The notes: generated by a model not told the origin, from the letters alone. DNA of 63,785 nt, filler included, from Psammoneis japonica (GCA_008632985.1; 4 parts of 4 records of this genome joined end to end with filler, not necessarily neighbours in it); one strand, 5' to 3'; counted from the whole stretch's first letter, positions 45,600 through 58,832 are shown. Translations and numbers: made by a program.

Positions 45600-48139
45600 T
45601 CTCCTGACTTACAAAGCAGCATTTGGAGCAGGAGTGAAGAGGTTTTCTGTGGTTTTGCAAGCAAGAGCTGATCCATTCTTCACTGACAGAGGCCAAGAAA
45701 AATCGGCTGGGGCACGCTCAGCTTGTGCCTTCCAACTGTGCTGGTGGTGGCTTCAGGGAGGATGCAGTCCTGCACTTGCATCAGTCTTGTTGAAAGCTCA
45801 TGCATTTGATGACACTTGTGAGATCTATGAGTTTGATGGAGTGGTGCCAAATTGTGAGTTGTTTGAGGCATGTTTGACGTGCGCTCTCTCTCAGCGCACG
45901 GTGCCTCAAGAAAGTTCTTTGAGGCCACTTCGGTGCTGCAGGTCCTTCATGTGGCTGCAACATCAGGACTGACAGTTGCAACCATTGCAAGGAAGGAAGA
46001 GTGCACTTGTCTGGTCAGGAAATGGAGCACTGTGCATCCAGAACAAATTCTTTCCTTGTTGGGCAACACCCCCCCTTCTTGTGCGCCCGACGACTTTTTT
46101 CATCACCTTCAACCAGGAGAGTGCAGGTCATTTGTGTGGATGAGAAGGTGATGAGTTGCTGAGGCAGATGCCAGAGGATCTTGGTGTGGATGCTGAGAAT
46201 CTTGGCCATCTTGTCTGTTCTGCTGCGAGTTCATTTTGTTGCCAAGGACAAAAGGTGTCATGTGCAGTTGTCTCAAAGCTGCTGAATCATTTGCATTGAA
46301 TGCAACAGGGATCATCTTTCATGACCCATGGCATGGTTTGAAGAAAGAAGAGCACTGCTCAGCATGGCATGCTCCCATCCATGAGTTGCACAGATGTCAC
46401 ATCATCCACAGCATGGTCGCTCTCTCAACGCTCCTGACCATGCAGAGGACTCAGGGGAATGCAGCACCAAAGGAAACAATGCAACCTGTGCCACTCAAGC
46501 ACTCTTCATCCAGTGTGGCATTGTTGCACCTTTTTTGAGTCTTTCCCTTGCCCTTGCACACATGTCATCCACAGCAGGTTGGTTGAGCGAAGACAAACTC
46601 AAGCACAATTCAGGACCGGAACAGTCTGCGTGCCTTTTGGGGGTGGTCTGGCCCTTGCTTGCACAGGGATTCCCAAGCATTGGACAGCTGTGACATCAAA
46701 ACACTTGATGCATTGAGGGACTGCACAGTGGAAATTGTTGGTTTGTGCATGTTGCAAGCTGAAATGTGCAAAAAGCACCCAAATTGTTGCAGGACAAGGA
46801 GTTCGTAAAGGCACATGTCACACAATGGGGAGGGATGCGCTGCCAGGCAACACACTGCTGACTGCAAAGAGCTCTGCAATTTGCCAAATCATCAGACAGA
46901 AAAAGTGAAGAGGAAGAAGCATCCTTGAGTGCTCATGAAGCATGTGCACTGGGCCTTGGGTGACTTTCTTGTGGTTGGAGACAGTGACTGGTGGATGCAA
47001 GGCAGAGGAAGAACAAGTCTTGCACTTGGAGACTGGGTGTGAGCAGCACACGATTGGCCATTCACTTGCAGAGAAGCGATCATGGCATTCAGCCAATTGC
47101 ACTGGGAAACCAGTCAAGACTTGTTGATTGCATCCTTGGGTTTTGTGGAGTTTGTTGTGGCTGTGCAAGAAGGCCTTGTCCTCCCTCAAACAAAGTCTTT
47201 CCAAGCTTGAAATCCATCAACCCCAATTGCCTGACAGTGAGAAGGTGTGGCGCTCACACATGAAAAGATTGGCGCCCTTTCCAAGGCCACAGGGCACAGT
47301 CAGAAAGCAGAAACTGCCTTTCAAGAAGCTCTGTGGATTTGCAAGCTGGTGCACGGCAAAGATCATGAGCTGGAAGGGGCTGTTTTGCATGAGCTCAGTG
47401 ACTTCTTGGCAGATGACATGGGTGATTGTGATCAGGCAATGAGATGCCAAGCTGTGGCACTTGGTGTTCCTTGCAAGAGCTTGGGGCTGGCTTGTGAGGA
47501 CATTGCAGCCACTCTTTGCACAGCATGGGATTCATGCTGCACATTCAAGATGAGCCAGAACAAGCTTCACAATGCTTTGAAGAGGCTTTGAACATTCAGA
47601 AACTACGACTTGGCAAAGACTCCAAGGAGGTTGGTGACACGCTGAACATGATGGGCTTCCTGCTGGCAAGGCGTGGAGAAATGGATGATGTGAACTCATT
47701 GCTTTGGGATGCTCTGAGAATCCAGAAGCACCAAGAAGATCTCATTAAAGTGTGCGAGACTCTCAAGAACATCAGAAACGTGCACAGAGAGAAGCGCAAA
47801 CATGATTTTAATGCCTTGTGCTGTGAAGAATGTCTCCACATTCGAAGAACCGAGTTGGGTGATGGTCACGAGAAGGTTGTAGATGCATTGGTTGCAATCG
47901 GCAACATTGGCAGTGACACGGAAGAGACGGAACCCGCAATGCAAGAAGCGTGCAAGGAGGCGCTTACGATTCGAACCATGGTTTATGGTCGAAACGACGA
48001 CAAGGTTGCTGCCGTACTTCAACACATGGGAACCATGGAGTTTCGATCGGGTGACTTTGACAGCGCACAACGCTGTTTGGAAGAATTTGTACGTATTCGC
48101 CGTGAGAATCATCAAGCCGAAAAGCACGTAGCTACATAG
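45600..48139 (+). pseudogene. TPR-repeat (kinesin-light-chain / NPHP3-like) gene remnant; 5' extent uncertain
   Basis: TPR-like units clear at 47250-48139 (FEEALNIQKLRLG..VGDTLNMMG; EECLHIRRTELG..V.DAL..IG; KEALTIRTMVYG..KVAAVLQHMG); frameshifts; strongly decayed upstream. Confidence 0.75.
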
Positions 48140-48477
48140 CTACAGTACCGGGTAGTAAGAATATCGCTATTCTTCTTCCCATAACCCTCGAGTTCGTGGA
48201 AAGCCATGCCAGGATTGCAAAATATGCTTTGTAATAATATCCAATTATCAGGTACATCTTACGTTGACTAGAGACTACCCCATTTAGTCTAAAAGAATGT
48301 TATCCCGCACAATCTTCTCTAACATTTGTATAGTCAACGTCAGCAGACAGAAGTCTATGACTAAGAGTCTTCCCACATTTCAGCGTCGTGTCAATCTCGG
48401 CAATACAGAAGTGCGCGCTGTCGTTGACTTGGACACCGACATGAAGACGTGTTGGGCCCCCCTTGCGTTCAACAAAT

Positions 48478-48882
48478 TCAATTACCGTCGCCATCCATTG
48501 CAGTATCTGGTGCGCAGCCATCAGCGCTGTCCATCGTCAACGGCGCAGCATCAACGCCAGTCATCATTCCGACGACCTGCTTGAGACATTCCATGTTCCG
48601 CTCCTTGTGTTGGTCGTTGATCTGTTGGATACCTTTTCGATTGCCGCTGATGCAGGTTTCCAACGCCTGGTTATTCTTGTCCTGCGTGTCGGCCAATGCC
48701 TGCTTCATTGCCTGGCTGTTCTTAGCCTGCGTGTCCTTTCGAGCTTCATCATTTGCAGATAACAAAGCAGCGGCAAGAGTGTTGGTTTGTTGGGTGTTAT
48801 TTCCCATCATTCTTTCCATCATATCAAACAAATGCTCATTCCGATGGCGTTGGGGTGTCTCTCCGGTGCCAGTAGCGTGCAT
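48478..48882 (-). CDS. Hypothetical coiled-coil-like ORF (134 aa)
   Basis: Protein-like Gln/Asn/Ala-rich composition in normal DNA; no recognised domain. Confidence 0.35.
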   Translation of the reverse strand: MHATGTGETPQRHRNEHLFDMMERMMGNNTQQTNTLAAALLSANDEARKDTQAKNSQAMKQALADTQDKNNQALETCISGNRKGIQQINDQHKERNMECLKQVVGMMTGVDAAPLTMDSADGCAPDTAMDGDGN

Positions 48883-49097
48883 GATTTGAATAAAGAGCCG
48901 ATAAACCGCGGAGCGAGTGGTCGTTGTTACTGTAGCCCTACCGGCATTGTTTGAGTGTTGCTGTGAGCGCGGAGGGGGGGGATTGTGCGACGGTGGATGG
49001 CTTGAACCTCATGCGTAGATTCTACGCAGAAAATGTACTGAAAAAATGATGCATTCTCACTCGCAAAACTTTATGTGTGTATACGTTCTGAATAAAT

Positions 49098-49251
49098 ACA
49101 TTGCGATGTTTTCGTCACGCGAAATTAATGAATGTGTTCGGTCTTTAATAACACATTGCGATGTTTTCGTCACGAAAAACGATGTTTTCGTCACGCGATA
49201 ATAAATGAATGTATCCCTGCTTTAAGTACACATTGCGATGTTTTCGTCACG
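49098..49251. repeat. Four exact copies of CGATGTTTTCGTCACG
   Basis: At 49104, 49159, 49180 and 49236; three are preceded by ACATTG. Confidence 0.9.
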
Positions 49252-50149
49252 GATTCAATATATACAGTTTGCATACTACGAAATGCTAATCAATTGGGCG
49301 ACTCCGTTCGCGCAGCCGCCAATCACGTAGAACCACGTAGAATTTGTACCAAATGCCGTTGCACGTTCCTTTTTTTCTCCCCTCCACCTCCGATCAGTGG
49401 TGCTTTGTACCGTACGAGTCGAGTAAGTTAGAAGCAATTGATCAGTACACAGCATGGAGATCGAAATGGGTATTTCAACCTTTGCTTCCAAGCAGCATGC
49501 TGAATTCATGGCGGCATCCAAGGCACGGTATTCCATAAATTTGTGGTGCACGAGGGTAAGGCAAAAAGAAATATGATGTTTATGGAAAAGAAGTAATCCC
49601 ACTTGAAATGTGTGCATGTTATCCTTGGTTGACATTAACGGAAACATGGCTCGCCTTGATTCACTTGCAGTGTTGAGCGACGAGGAGAATGGCCAGAAAG
49701 TTGAGGGCAACAACACGATCATAGAGGATACTGAATTGCACCAAAAAACGCAAAGTAAAGAGTGAAAAGTCTTCTCAAACTACCGTAGTAGTCAAGACGA
49801 TTACGCATCAAAACCTGCGCCAACAGATAGAAAGAGGGTGCGATATCTCAGTTGACCGAATGGGTCGGCCAATATGTTGCTGAAAAGGTTGTTGCAATGC
49901 TACTTAATTTTGGAAGAATGCGGTAGCGAGGGACGAGGAAATGATGGTAAAGCTATGGAGAAAAATGTCACATTGCCACCAATTACAGAGAAAACAGTTC
50001 GACCCGACTTTTTCGAGTTTGTCCTATCCAAAGAGAACGCAGATACGAGCATGGCGATCAAGGAAATCTGCGTTTGGCGTGGGTTTCGCATTCTCTGCCG
50101 ACGAACGATTATATTTATCTGACCGATTTTTTTTTTCTTTTTTATCCTC

Positions 50150-50747
50150 CAGTTTTTCATAGGCGGCTCGTAAGAACAAAGATAAGCAGTGCAGTTCCAC
50201 CAGACTGTGCTCCCAAATCTAAGCCTCTGATTTTTGATGAGGACATGACTTTCAATGTCGACCGAACCGTGATGTAGAGTACGTACGAGGAGAAGTCATC
50301 GGATTCTGTGAGGTTACAGAGCGACAGTTTGGACTAGGGGAACCGTATGATTCTGAAAATGGACGTGGAAAAGCCGTGGTCAAGAGCGCTCGCAAGAGTG
50401 GTATCGGTTCTAATCTTGTAGATGCATGTGAGAATGCTGTGATCGAATGGGACGAAAACTGTTCACGTAGATACAATGAGATTATTCTGGAAGTGGAAGC
50501 AGCTATTCCCAAGGCGCTGGATTTCTATGAAAAAAGAGGGTACTAATCAGTGTTTGACAATCCGGCAAGCCGAAGATTTGATACGAGCGGATTTGTCTTG
50601 CGTCGTGCACAGTGTAACAAGATTTGCATGCGCAAGACACTCGATTTTCGTCGTGCCCTAAAGGAGAATGAAAAAGACAAAGCAACCCTCGGCGACTTGG
50701 GGAAGAATATATTTGGAAAGCTTAACATGTTTCAAAGCCGCAGCTAG
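50150..50747 (+). pseudogene. GNAT acetyltransferase remnant
   Basis: GEVIGFCEV..ARKSGIGSNLVDACE..IILEVE..ALDFYEKRGY followed by in-frame TAA at 50544; frameshift near 50270. Confidence 0.75.
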
Positions 50748-50912
50748 TCTATCATTTGAAGATTTTGCAGAAGACTTATCAATAGTGGCGAATCCATCAC
50801 GGAAACAATTCTGGATTCGCCAGCACTGCATCAACTGAAGTCGTATCAGACAAAAGGTCGTCTGTGTCTTTGCAGCGACTGCTCGTCTCTACTTGTGAAG
50901 GATCCTTGTGAC

Positions 50913-51830
50913 TTAAGCTTTGTATTCCTCTTCGTCTGAAATCTCTAAATTGAGCAAGGCTTGTTCAAACGCTGCATCATCCAGCTCTTCTAGCTTCTTC
51001 TTATCCGCCGAGACACTTGCCACTTTCTCGTTTAGAAGACTTGTTATGTCCAGAGCTGCAAGCTGTTGCTCAAACAAAACGTCTTGGATATGCTTACAGA
51101 TCTCCGGTGGTAGTGGCACTGGCGCCCCGCGGAACTGCATCATTCGGCACTCGAGGATCATGACAAGACTGGACACACGATTTGCTCTGCAGATCAACCG
51201 TCCACAAAATGTTGTTGCTCTTGTGTGCACGGCCTGTCCGCTCACACCATCGATCACGGCACATTTTGATGGGTGATGGACTTGGGACTGTCAGCATTGT
51301 CACTGTCGTTGCATGTGCTCTCATCCAGAGACCAAACCTGAATGGCGCCCTCGACACCACCACGAGTTCCAAGTTTGTGAAGAACGAAATCATCTGGCAA
51401 GGGAAAAGGTGAATTTTTGACTCCAGATGAAGACACAAAGCTCCTGCTTTTGGCTTTTGATTTGCTGGGATGCGACGAGCCATGTTGAAGCGGCTCGGCT
51501 TCAGCATCCTGCTGTTGTAAAATTGGAAAGTCCATCAGAGCACCAAGAGCAAAACATGAGATGTTTCAGCCTTCACCTCTCACTTTTTGTTTCACACGAA
51601 TCCAACAATCGCTCCATGCAACTTGCCACATCTTCTTTTGCCAACCTCTCCAACGCGTCGCCATTGTCAAGATTGGCATTCTTTAATTTCCACTTCATGT
51701 CAGGGACGTAAAAGCACGTGTTGTCAAAACCATCAGGAAATGGAAATTGGTTGCCAGACGCCACTCTCAGTGAGGCAAATGCTGGCTTTCCAAATTTCAA
51801 TGAACCAAGCAACCGTGCTGAAAGAGTCAT
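50913..51830 (-). pseudogene. Decayed hypothetical gene; 3' end intact-looking, 5' part mutated
   Basis: Successive protein-like ORFs 51573-51830, 51254-51535 and 50913-51257. Confidence 0.45.
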
Positions 51831-52134
51831 CGCTTTCGTGCACAGATGCCCAAATCAATGAAGCAAGTCTTTTGCTGAGTTCTTGGAGGTGTGACAAGCA
51901 AGTGAAGGAACTCAACATGTTGCACAGCGGACCTGGATTTGATTGCTGCTGCTCTACAGGACAGAGCCAGGGTTGGCGCCAATGATGCTCCAGTGTGCAG
52001 CCTGCTCAGCAAAAAATTGGTCTTTGACAGCCAGGAGTGGCCCTTCATCAAGCCACTCAATTGGGCCATGCAGGAGGGGAGTGGATGTGAGGGGCTTTCT
52101 TTCCTCTTGTCATGACCCTGAAGAGGCTGGCCAA

Positions 52135-52399
52135 GCTGCCCCGCAAAAGAACTCCGGAAAACCAAATTTGCGCAGAAGGAGTGCGCCAGGGCCCCAGCAG
52201 AAATGCCAAATGAGTCCGGAGTGTCCAGAAACTGCGTAAATGAGTCCGGAGTGTCCAGAAACTGCGTAGAATCCATCGTAGAATCAGCGCCAGGGATGTC
52301 AAAAAATCACAAAATTCCGGACTTGTTTGGCAGTTCCACTGGGGCCCTGGCACTTCTTCTGCATAAATTTGGTTTTCCGGAGTTCTTTTGCGGGGTGGC
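52135..52399. mobile_element. MITE-like foldback with ~80-bp inverted arms and an internal 30-bp tandem duplication
   Basis: ccccgcaaaagaactccggaaaaccaaattt..gccagggccccag..agtccgga (52139-52220) is inverted at 52316-52395. Confidence 0.82.
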
Positions 52400-55300
52400 A
52401 AGGTGCAGCTGCCACTCAGAAGAGCTGCACACATGCCGAGAATGCTGCCATGACATGCACTGGATGTGCTCACTTTGCTCTTGACTGACAAGTCCTCCAC
52501 CACCTCCTGAAAGCAAAAGACAAACTCCAAGATCTTGGAGAGCCAGCGCAGCTGGCTGAGACCAAGCAAGTTGCAGACTTCCTCAAATGAACATCTGACC
52601 CACAACATCAAGTCATCAGGAAGCAGCTGGCCAAAGGGATGCATTTGCTCTTGGTTGGCTTTTCATGTGCAGCTGTCTGTGGCCCTTGTGCTGCAGGGAA
52701 CTCAACTGTGAACTCTCCAGTCATGGATCTGACTTTTTCTGTGGGCTGGTTGCAATCCCCAGCATTGTTCTCTGCCTGGTTCAACAACAACAAAATGAAA
52801 CTGCAACACTTGCTTTCAATGCATGTGAGAAGCACAGCAGCATGTTTCCTTCATTGTCATGAGACCTGCTGCCCCTCTGCTTTTCTCACTGCAGTCATTC
52901 TGGACAATGTGGCCATTGGTTGACACTGCCTGGAAAGTTTGATGGTTCCCTTTCCCATGCCTTTGTGTTGTCCTTGAATTTCCCAATGCAAAAATCCTCC
53001 ACAACCTTGCTTTTGACAGACCAACACACGAGGGGAAAGGATCAGCAAAATTGCTCCACAGTGGACAAGAGGCAGGTTCAACATTTCCACATTGGCATGA
53101 AAGGCATGAAATGCTGAGATTGAGAACAAAAACTAAAGAAAATCAAGACACAAAAGGGGGCACAGAGAAGCCAATTTGAATGTGGACATTGCCGCCTGTG
53201 CAGCAAGAGGACAAAACCAGCCTTGTGCAATGTCTCCTTTGCAACTCTTGGTTGACAGTCAAAGGGAAAAAACACAAGCCATCCAGAGTCCAGAAAAACA
53301 TCATTTTTGGAACTCCACAAGTCCATGCCTGTTCTCAAATCTCCAGCACCTGGGGATTGCTTGACAAGCTGATGCTTGTCATGACTGCCGCCAATGCAAG
53401 TCACATGACTCTGGATCAAACAAAGAGCTGTGTCATCCTGGATGACCCTTTTCTCCGCTGCAATGTGCGGAAGAACACAGCAGACATGCTCTGTGGCCAC
53501 CTGGGCAATTGACAATTTCAGCCATCATGGTTCTGAGTGATGCTTTTGCCCACTGCCACAATTCCTTCAGTTTTGCACACAACACATCAAGCCCACTTCA
53601 TGCAACTGAGATTGACACATTTGAGTGCTGTCTGAAACAAAGCTGCTTCAAGTGTTGATGAAAACTGAAAACCCAAATGAGCTGAAATGAGCCATTGTCC
53701 AGCAGCTTTGGATGGAGCAATGTCTTGCAACTTGCAACTTGAGTTGCTCTCTGATCTTCTGTCATGAATCTGTGGCACAGGTTGCTTCTGTCCACATCTC
53801 TTCCTCATCTTGTTGCTTCAGTCTTGAAATGCGGGCATGGCAGTTGTCACCAATTGCTGGACAACAACAATTTTGTTCCACATTCTGGACTCAGCAGGAG
53901 CAACACCTGTGCAGCGGTCTTTTCTTCTGGTGGTTTGGCACTGTGTGTTGCAGTTTGGACAGCAAACAGCAGATTGCAACTCTCACAACCAATGGTGGAG
54001 CATTCCTGTGCAACATTTTTCTGGGGGCAAACAGCAAGTTTTTTCTCGATGGCACACTGCAGCATTGGCGCACTTTCTTTCCTTTGTTGAAACATGTGGC
54101 ATTTTTGGTTGAAACCAGCCCATGACATCTTGTTTTCCACTTGCAAACATGTGGTGGGCCCCCTAAAAAGAAACCCCACGTCAGTGCTTGACCAACCAGC
54201 GTGAACATCTGGGGGCAACTCCACCCACACTGCCACTTTTGACATGTCGCTCTCAACGAGTGCATGATGTGCCTTTTTGTGCACTTTGGTCATGGAGGCA
54301 TTTGCGACCTTTGATTGGGTGGAGACAACAACAGCAAAAAGGCATGAGAAGCACAGCAATGTGAGTGAAAGCATCCAAAGGAAAAAGTTGAGCGGCACAA
54401 CCGCTGTGCCACATGTTTCTGATGTGACTTGGAAAGATGCTGTGCAGTTGAGTTGCTCACCCACATGGCCCCTCCATGCAGACTCTGGCTCGTGGCATGC
54501 AGTGGTGCATGCCATGCACCAGTGCTCACGTCATCAGCACAGGCACTCACATGGCCTTGGCACTCAGTGCAGGCAGCAAGCAGCGGGTGCTCGCACAGCA
54601 TCAGCAATCAGCAAGCAAGCAAGCACATGGCAGCACCGTTGCTCACATCATCAGCACAGGCACTTGCACAGCATGGCGCAGGCACTTGCTTGTTGCGTGT
54701 GATGCAATCGCTGGCAGCCAATGGAGTTTTTTCTGTGCAACCATGATGAACGCGCAATGATTCTGACAGCAACAAGTTGGTTTGTTCTCAACAGTGCATT
54801 GTGGAACTGCCATGTGTTCTTTTTTTCATTGAAGCACGCAACCTTTTTGGTTGAAAACAGTGCGAACATCTTTTCATCGGCTTGCAAACATGAACCACCC
54901 AAACATGAGATCCAGGAAGAAAAAAGGATGCAGGCAGGGAGACCACGACACAAAAGCCTTTTCTGGCTTTATGAAAAACATCATGAGTTTGTGTCTCAGT
55001 TTCCACACAGACATTTGTTTGAGGCTCTTGTGAAGGAACAATCTGCCAGAGATGAGTGCATCACAGAGAAAGAGATTGCCATCCAAGAAAACAAGCAAAA
55101 AAGATCCTTGCATTTCTTCAAGCTGTTGTCTTGAAAACAGTTGGAGATGCCGGAAAGGTGATGCNAGTCCAAGTCGAGAAACGGTCCACTGCAAGTGACA
55201 ATGCTGTTGATGTCAAAATGAAAGACACCAGTGACATTGACACATCCTGGGGCACTGGCTCAACAACAATGGAGGTTAGAGGGGGCTGGCAACACATTGA

Positions 55301-58279
55301 ATGGAAGTGCTTCCTGTGCTGTCACCACCTTCAAACTGAGCCGTTGTGCAGTGTTCCCTCTGCATGTCATGATGGCAACAATCAAAAAGGCAGTTTGCAT
55401 GAAAACAAGACTGAGCACTCAAATGCCATCATTGAGTCAGACGAAGGGCCATCCAGTGGTGTTTTGGAACTGTCTTTGTACATTCTGATGTGCAGTGCAA
55501 AAAAGCAACACTGGTGCATTCCAAAAAAGAGATTTGGCAAAAACCAGCTCAAAAATCTGTTGTTGTTCCTCTTGAAATCAACGTGAATTGTTTGTTTGTG
55601 CTGTTGCCCACTTCACCCCCAAGTTGCCTGCTGTCTGGCATTTGCCTTTTGTGTGTTGCGCGACACTGTGATCTTGGGTTGGCTGAACATTGTGGTGCAC
55701 AACTGACAACCGTGAAGATGCCGAGCACGCATTTTTCACAGATCAGCAGTTGATCTCTGCATCTCAACCATGGAGGCTAAAAGGTGAAGCACAAAGAGAA
55801 GGAAGGCTTTTCAAGACACGTCTTTGTCATCAAGTGATGAATCAGAGAGTGGCTCATCTCAGATCACAAAGAGGAAGATGGCCAAGGCCAAGAAAGACAA
55901 CCCGGCTGATTCCGCATTTAATTTCCAGTTTGCACCTGTGATTCTTCAATTTTCCAGTCACTGGAAAGAAGAAAGTTTCATTCAATGACAACTTCTTGGA
56001 GGGGAAAGTGACAATTGGTCCTGATGATGATTGGACCGCATTGCACTCAGCCGCAAAGGGTTTGACAATGGAAGAGAAGCTTGAGGCACTGCAAACAAAA
56101 GAGAAGAGAGAGCCAATCCCATGTCTCTTGAATTTGAGCTGGTTGAAGCACTCATTGTGGGGGAAGGTGACATTGTGTGTGGCAGTGACAAGTGTGAAGC
56201 AGGTGGGGAAAATTGGGGAAACATTGGTCAGTCGCACAATGTCAACAGCTCTGGCACGTGCATCATGCTGCACTCCATCTGTCAAACATTGTGGCAGGCT
56301 GTCTGTCAGCCATTGTGCCAGGTGCACCACACTGCATTCTGTCCATTGACCATTGCAGCAAGTGCAACAAACTCTGTTCTAATCTGCTGGAAACATTGCA
56401 AATTTAAGTTAGAGACGGTGCTCTTGCTTGCCGCCACGGCAAGCACATGCCTCCATTGCCTCGTGTGCTCTGAGATTGGGCCCTGGTCTTTGCAGCTCGG
56501 TTTCCTTCTCAAAAGAGGCCGCTGAAGGGCAATGCTTGCAACTGGGGACCTGACAATGACAGCAAGTTGAGCGAGCCATTTTGGGAGTGATGCTGTCAAN
56601 NNNNNNNNNNNNNNNNNNNNNNNNNNNNNNNNNNNNNNNNNNNNNNNNNNNNNNNNNNNNNNNNNNNNNNNNNNNNNNNNNNNNNNNNNNNNNNNNNNNN
56701 NNNNNNNNNNNNNNNNNNNNNNNNNNNNNNNNNNNNNNNNNNNNNNNNNNNNNNNNNNNNNNNNNNNNNNNNNNNNNNNNNNNNNNNNNNNNNNNNNNNN
56801 NNNNNNNNNNNNNNNNNNNNNNNNNNNNNNNNNNNNNNNNNNNNNNGCTCCTGACAAACTTTTCAATGAGTGGGTTGCTCTCTTCATCTCTTGCATTGCC
56901 CTGAGGAACAATGTCGCAGGCCTCCTTTGTGAATCCTTTGATGTCACAAGCTGCAAGCAATGAATGCCAAGCCCATTTGTTGATCTCAAAGGATGTTGAT
57001 CGAACAGGAGTTGCACCTCGTCAAGACCACCAGCACCATCGTCTTGATGAATTTTGATCTTTGTGTGACTCATCCAAGTGTGACAGCATTTCAGGTCAAC
57101 AAGCTGCAGCCTTCAATGCTTGGAGATGCGACTGCATTTCTTTCTTGTCCATTTCCATGGCCTTGTTTGTCACAACNNNNNNNNNNNNNNNNNNNNNNNN
57201 NNNNNNNNNNNNNNNNNNNNNNNNNNNNNNNNNNNNNNNNNNNNNNNNNNNNNNNNNNNNNNNNNNNNNNNNNNNNNNNNNNNNNNNNNNNNNNNNNNNN
57301 NNNNNNNNNNNNNNNNNNNNNNNNNNNNNNNNNNNNNNNNNNNNNNNNNNNNNNNNNNNNNNNNNNNNNNNNNNNNNNNNNNNNNNNNNNNNNNNNNNNN
57401 NNNNNNNNNNNNNNNNNNNNNNNNNNNNNNNNNNNNNNNNNNNNNNNNNNNNNNNNNNNNNNNNNNNNNNNNNNNNNNNNNNNNNNNNNNNNNNNNNNNN
57501 NNNNNNNNNNNNNNNNNNNNNNNNNNNNNNNNNNNNNNNNNNNNNNNNNNNNNNNNNNNNNNNNNNNNNNNNNNNNNNNNNNNNNNNNNNNNNNNNNNNN
57601 NNNNNNNNNNNNNNNNNNNNNNNNNNNNNNNNNNNNNNNNNNNNNNNNNNNNNNNNNNNNNNNNNNNNNNNNNNNCATTGCAACAAAAGAATCAACACAA
57701 TGGATGATTTTGGCAAAATTGTTGCCGTCACTTTGAGTTGTCACACAACAATTTTTTCTGTGATGCTTGCTCTCTGGCATGAGCTCCAGTGCAAATCTCT
57801 GTGTGCAATGCACTGACGTGCAATCCACATTGAGTCCACTGAGGGAGTTTGTGATGCATGTCCAGGAGGACCATGAAATCAAGAATGCTTTTTGTTTGTT
57901 CCAAATGCCTCTTTCCCCAACATTGCCCACTGTCTGACAACAGCCTTTTGTGTCTCAAACAACGTCGTGCACTTGGTGTTGTTGAAAATGATGGCCCACA
58001 AACAACATTCAGTGACCTGCCAAGCACGGATTTTCTTCTCTCTGGCAGTCATCGGCCAAGCAAAAGAGCAACCTAAATGGACTGTGTTTTGTTGAACTGG
58101 CCAATTCATTGCCACAAAGATCAACCTGCTCTGCACAGGTGTGGTTTGCCGGAGGTTTTCAGCAGGCAATCATTTCATCAATTTTTGTTGGCCTTGGGTG
58201 AAAATGCCATCCGCATCTGAGCTGGTGCTAAAACTCAGTGCTCAAACCCATGTCAGCAAGCGAGTGATCAACAGCTGGA

Positions 58280-58732
58280 GTGTGCTGCTGCAGCGCACTT
58301 CAGAGTGCAGCACAGGGCTGCAACCATGTGGTTGACTGCATGGAGACCTTTGTAGAATGGCAAACAACCATGATGACATTGCACTGCACTTTCTGCCAAA
58401 GCCAGCCAATGACATGAATCCTTGATGATGCAATCAAGACTCACTTGTGTCTTGACAACATTCTCACCACCTGACATCCAATGCCTCCAGGTGCTCAAAC
58501 AATGGCTCAAAAGGCAAGCACCTGATTTGTTTCAAAGCTGTGACCCAACTTCCAGTGGCAGGTTTGGGCACTCAGCAGCATTCTCGGTTTTCTTCCCAGG
58601 GCTTCAAAACTGGCAGAGAATCTTGAAGAATGTCCATCAAATGCATTGACATGCAAACACTTTCTTTCTCCAACATTTGGCCTTCCACTCAATTGCAGAG
58701 TGGCAGTCAGACAGAATTGGGTCCAGAAACAA
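58280..58732 (-). pseudogene. Hypermutated duplicate of ~44010-44480 (3' end and downstream DNA of the 44242-45321 gene)
   Basis: cagtcagacagaattgggtccagaaac is identical in both copies; colinear for more than 400 bp. Confidence 0.93.
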
Positions 58733-58832
58733 NNNNNNNNNNNNNNNNNNNNNNNNNNNNNNNNNNNNNNNNNNNNTTAATTAATTAANNNNNNNNNNNN
58801 NNNNNNNNNNNNNNNNNNNNNNNNNNNNNNNN

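Noticed and set aside
52400..58270. Numerous short ORFs in purged DNA
   Set aside because: Probably decayed coding sequence, but no family could be supported by eye
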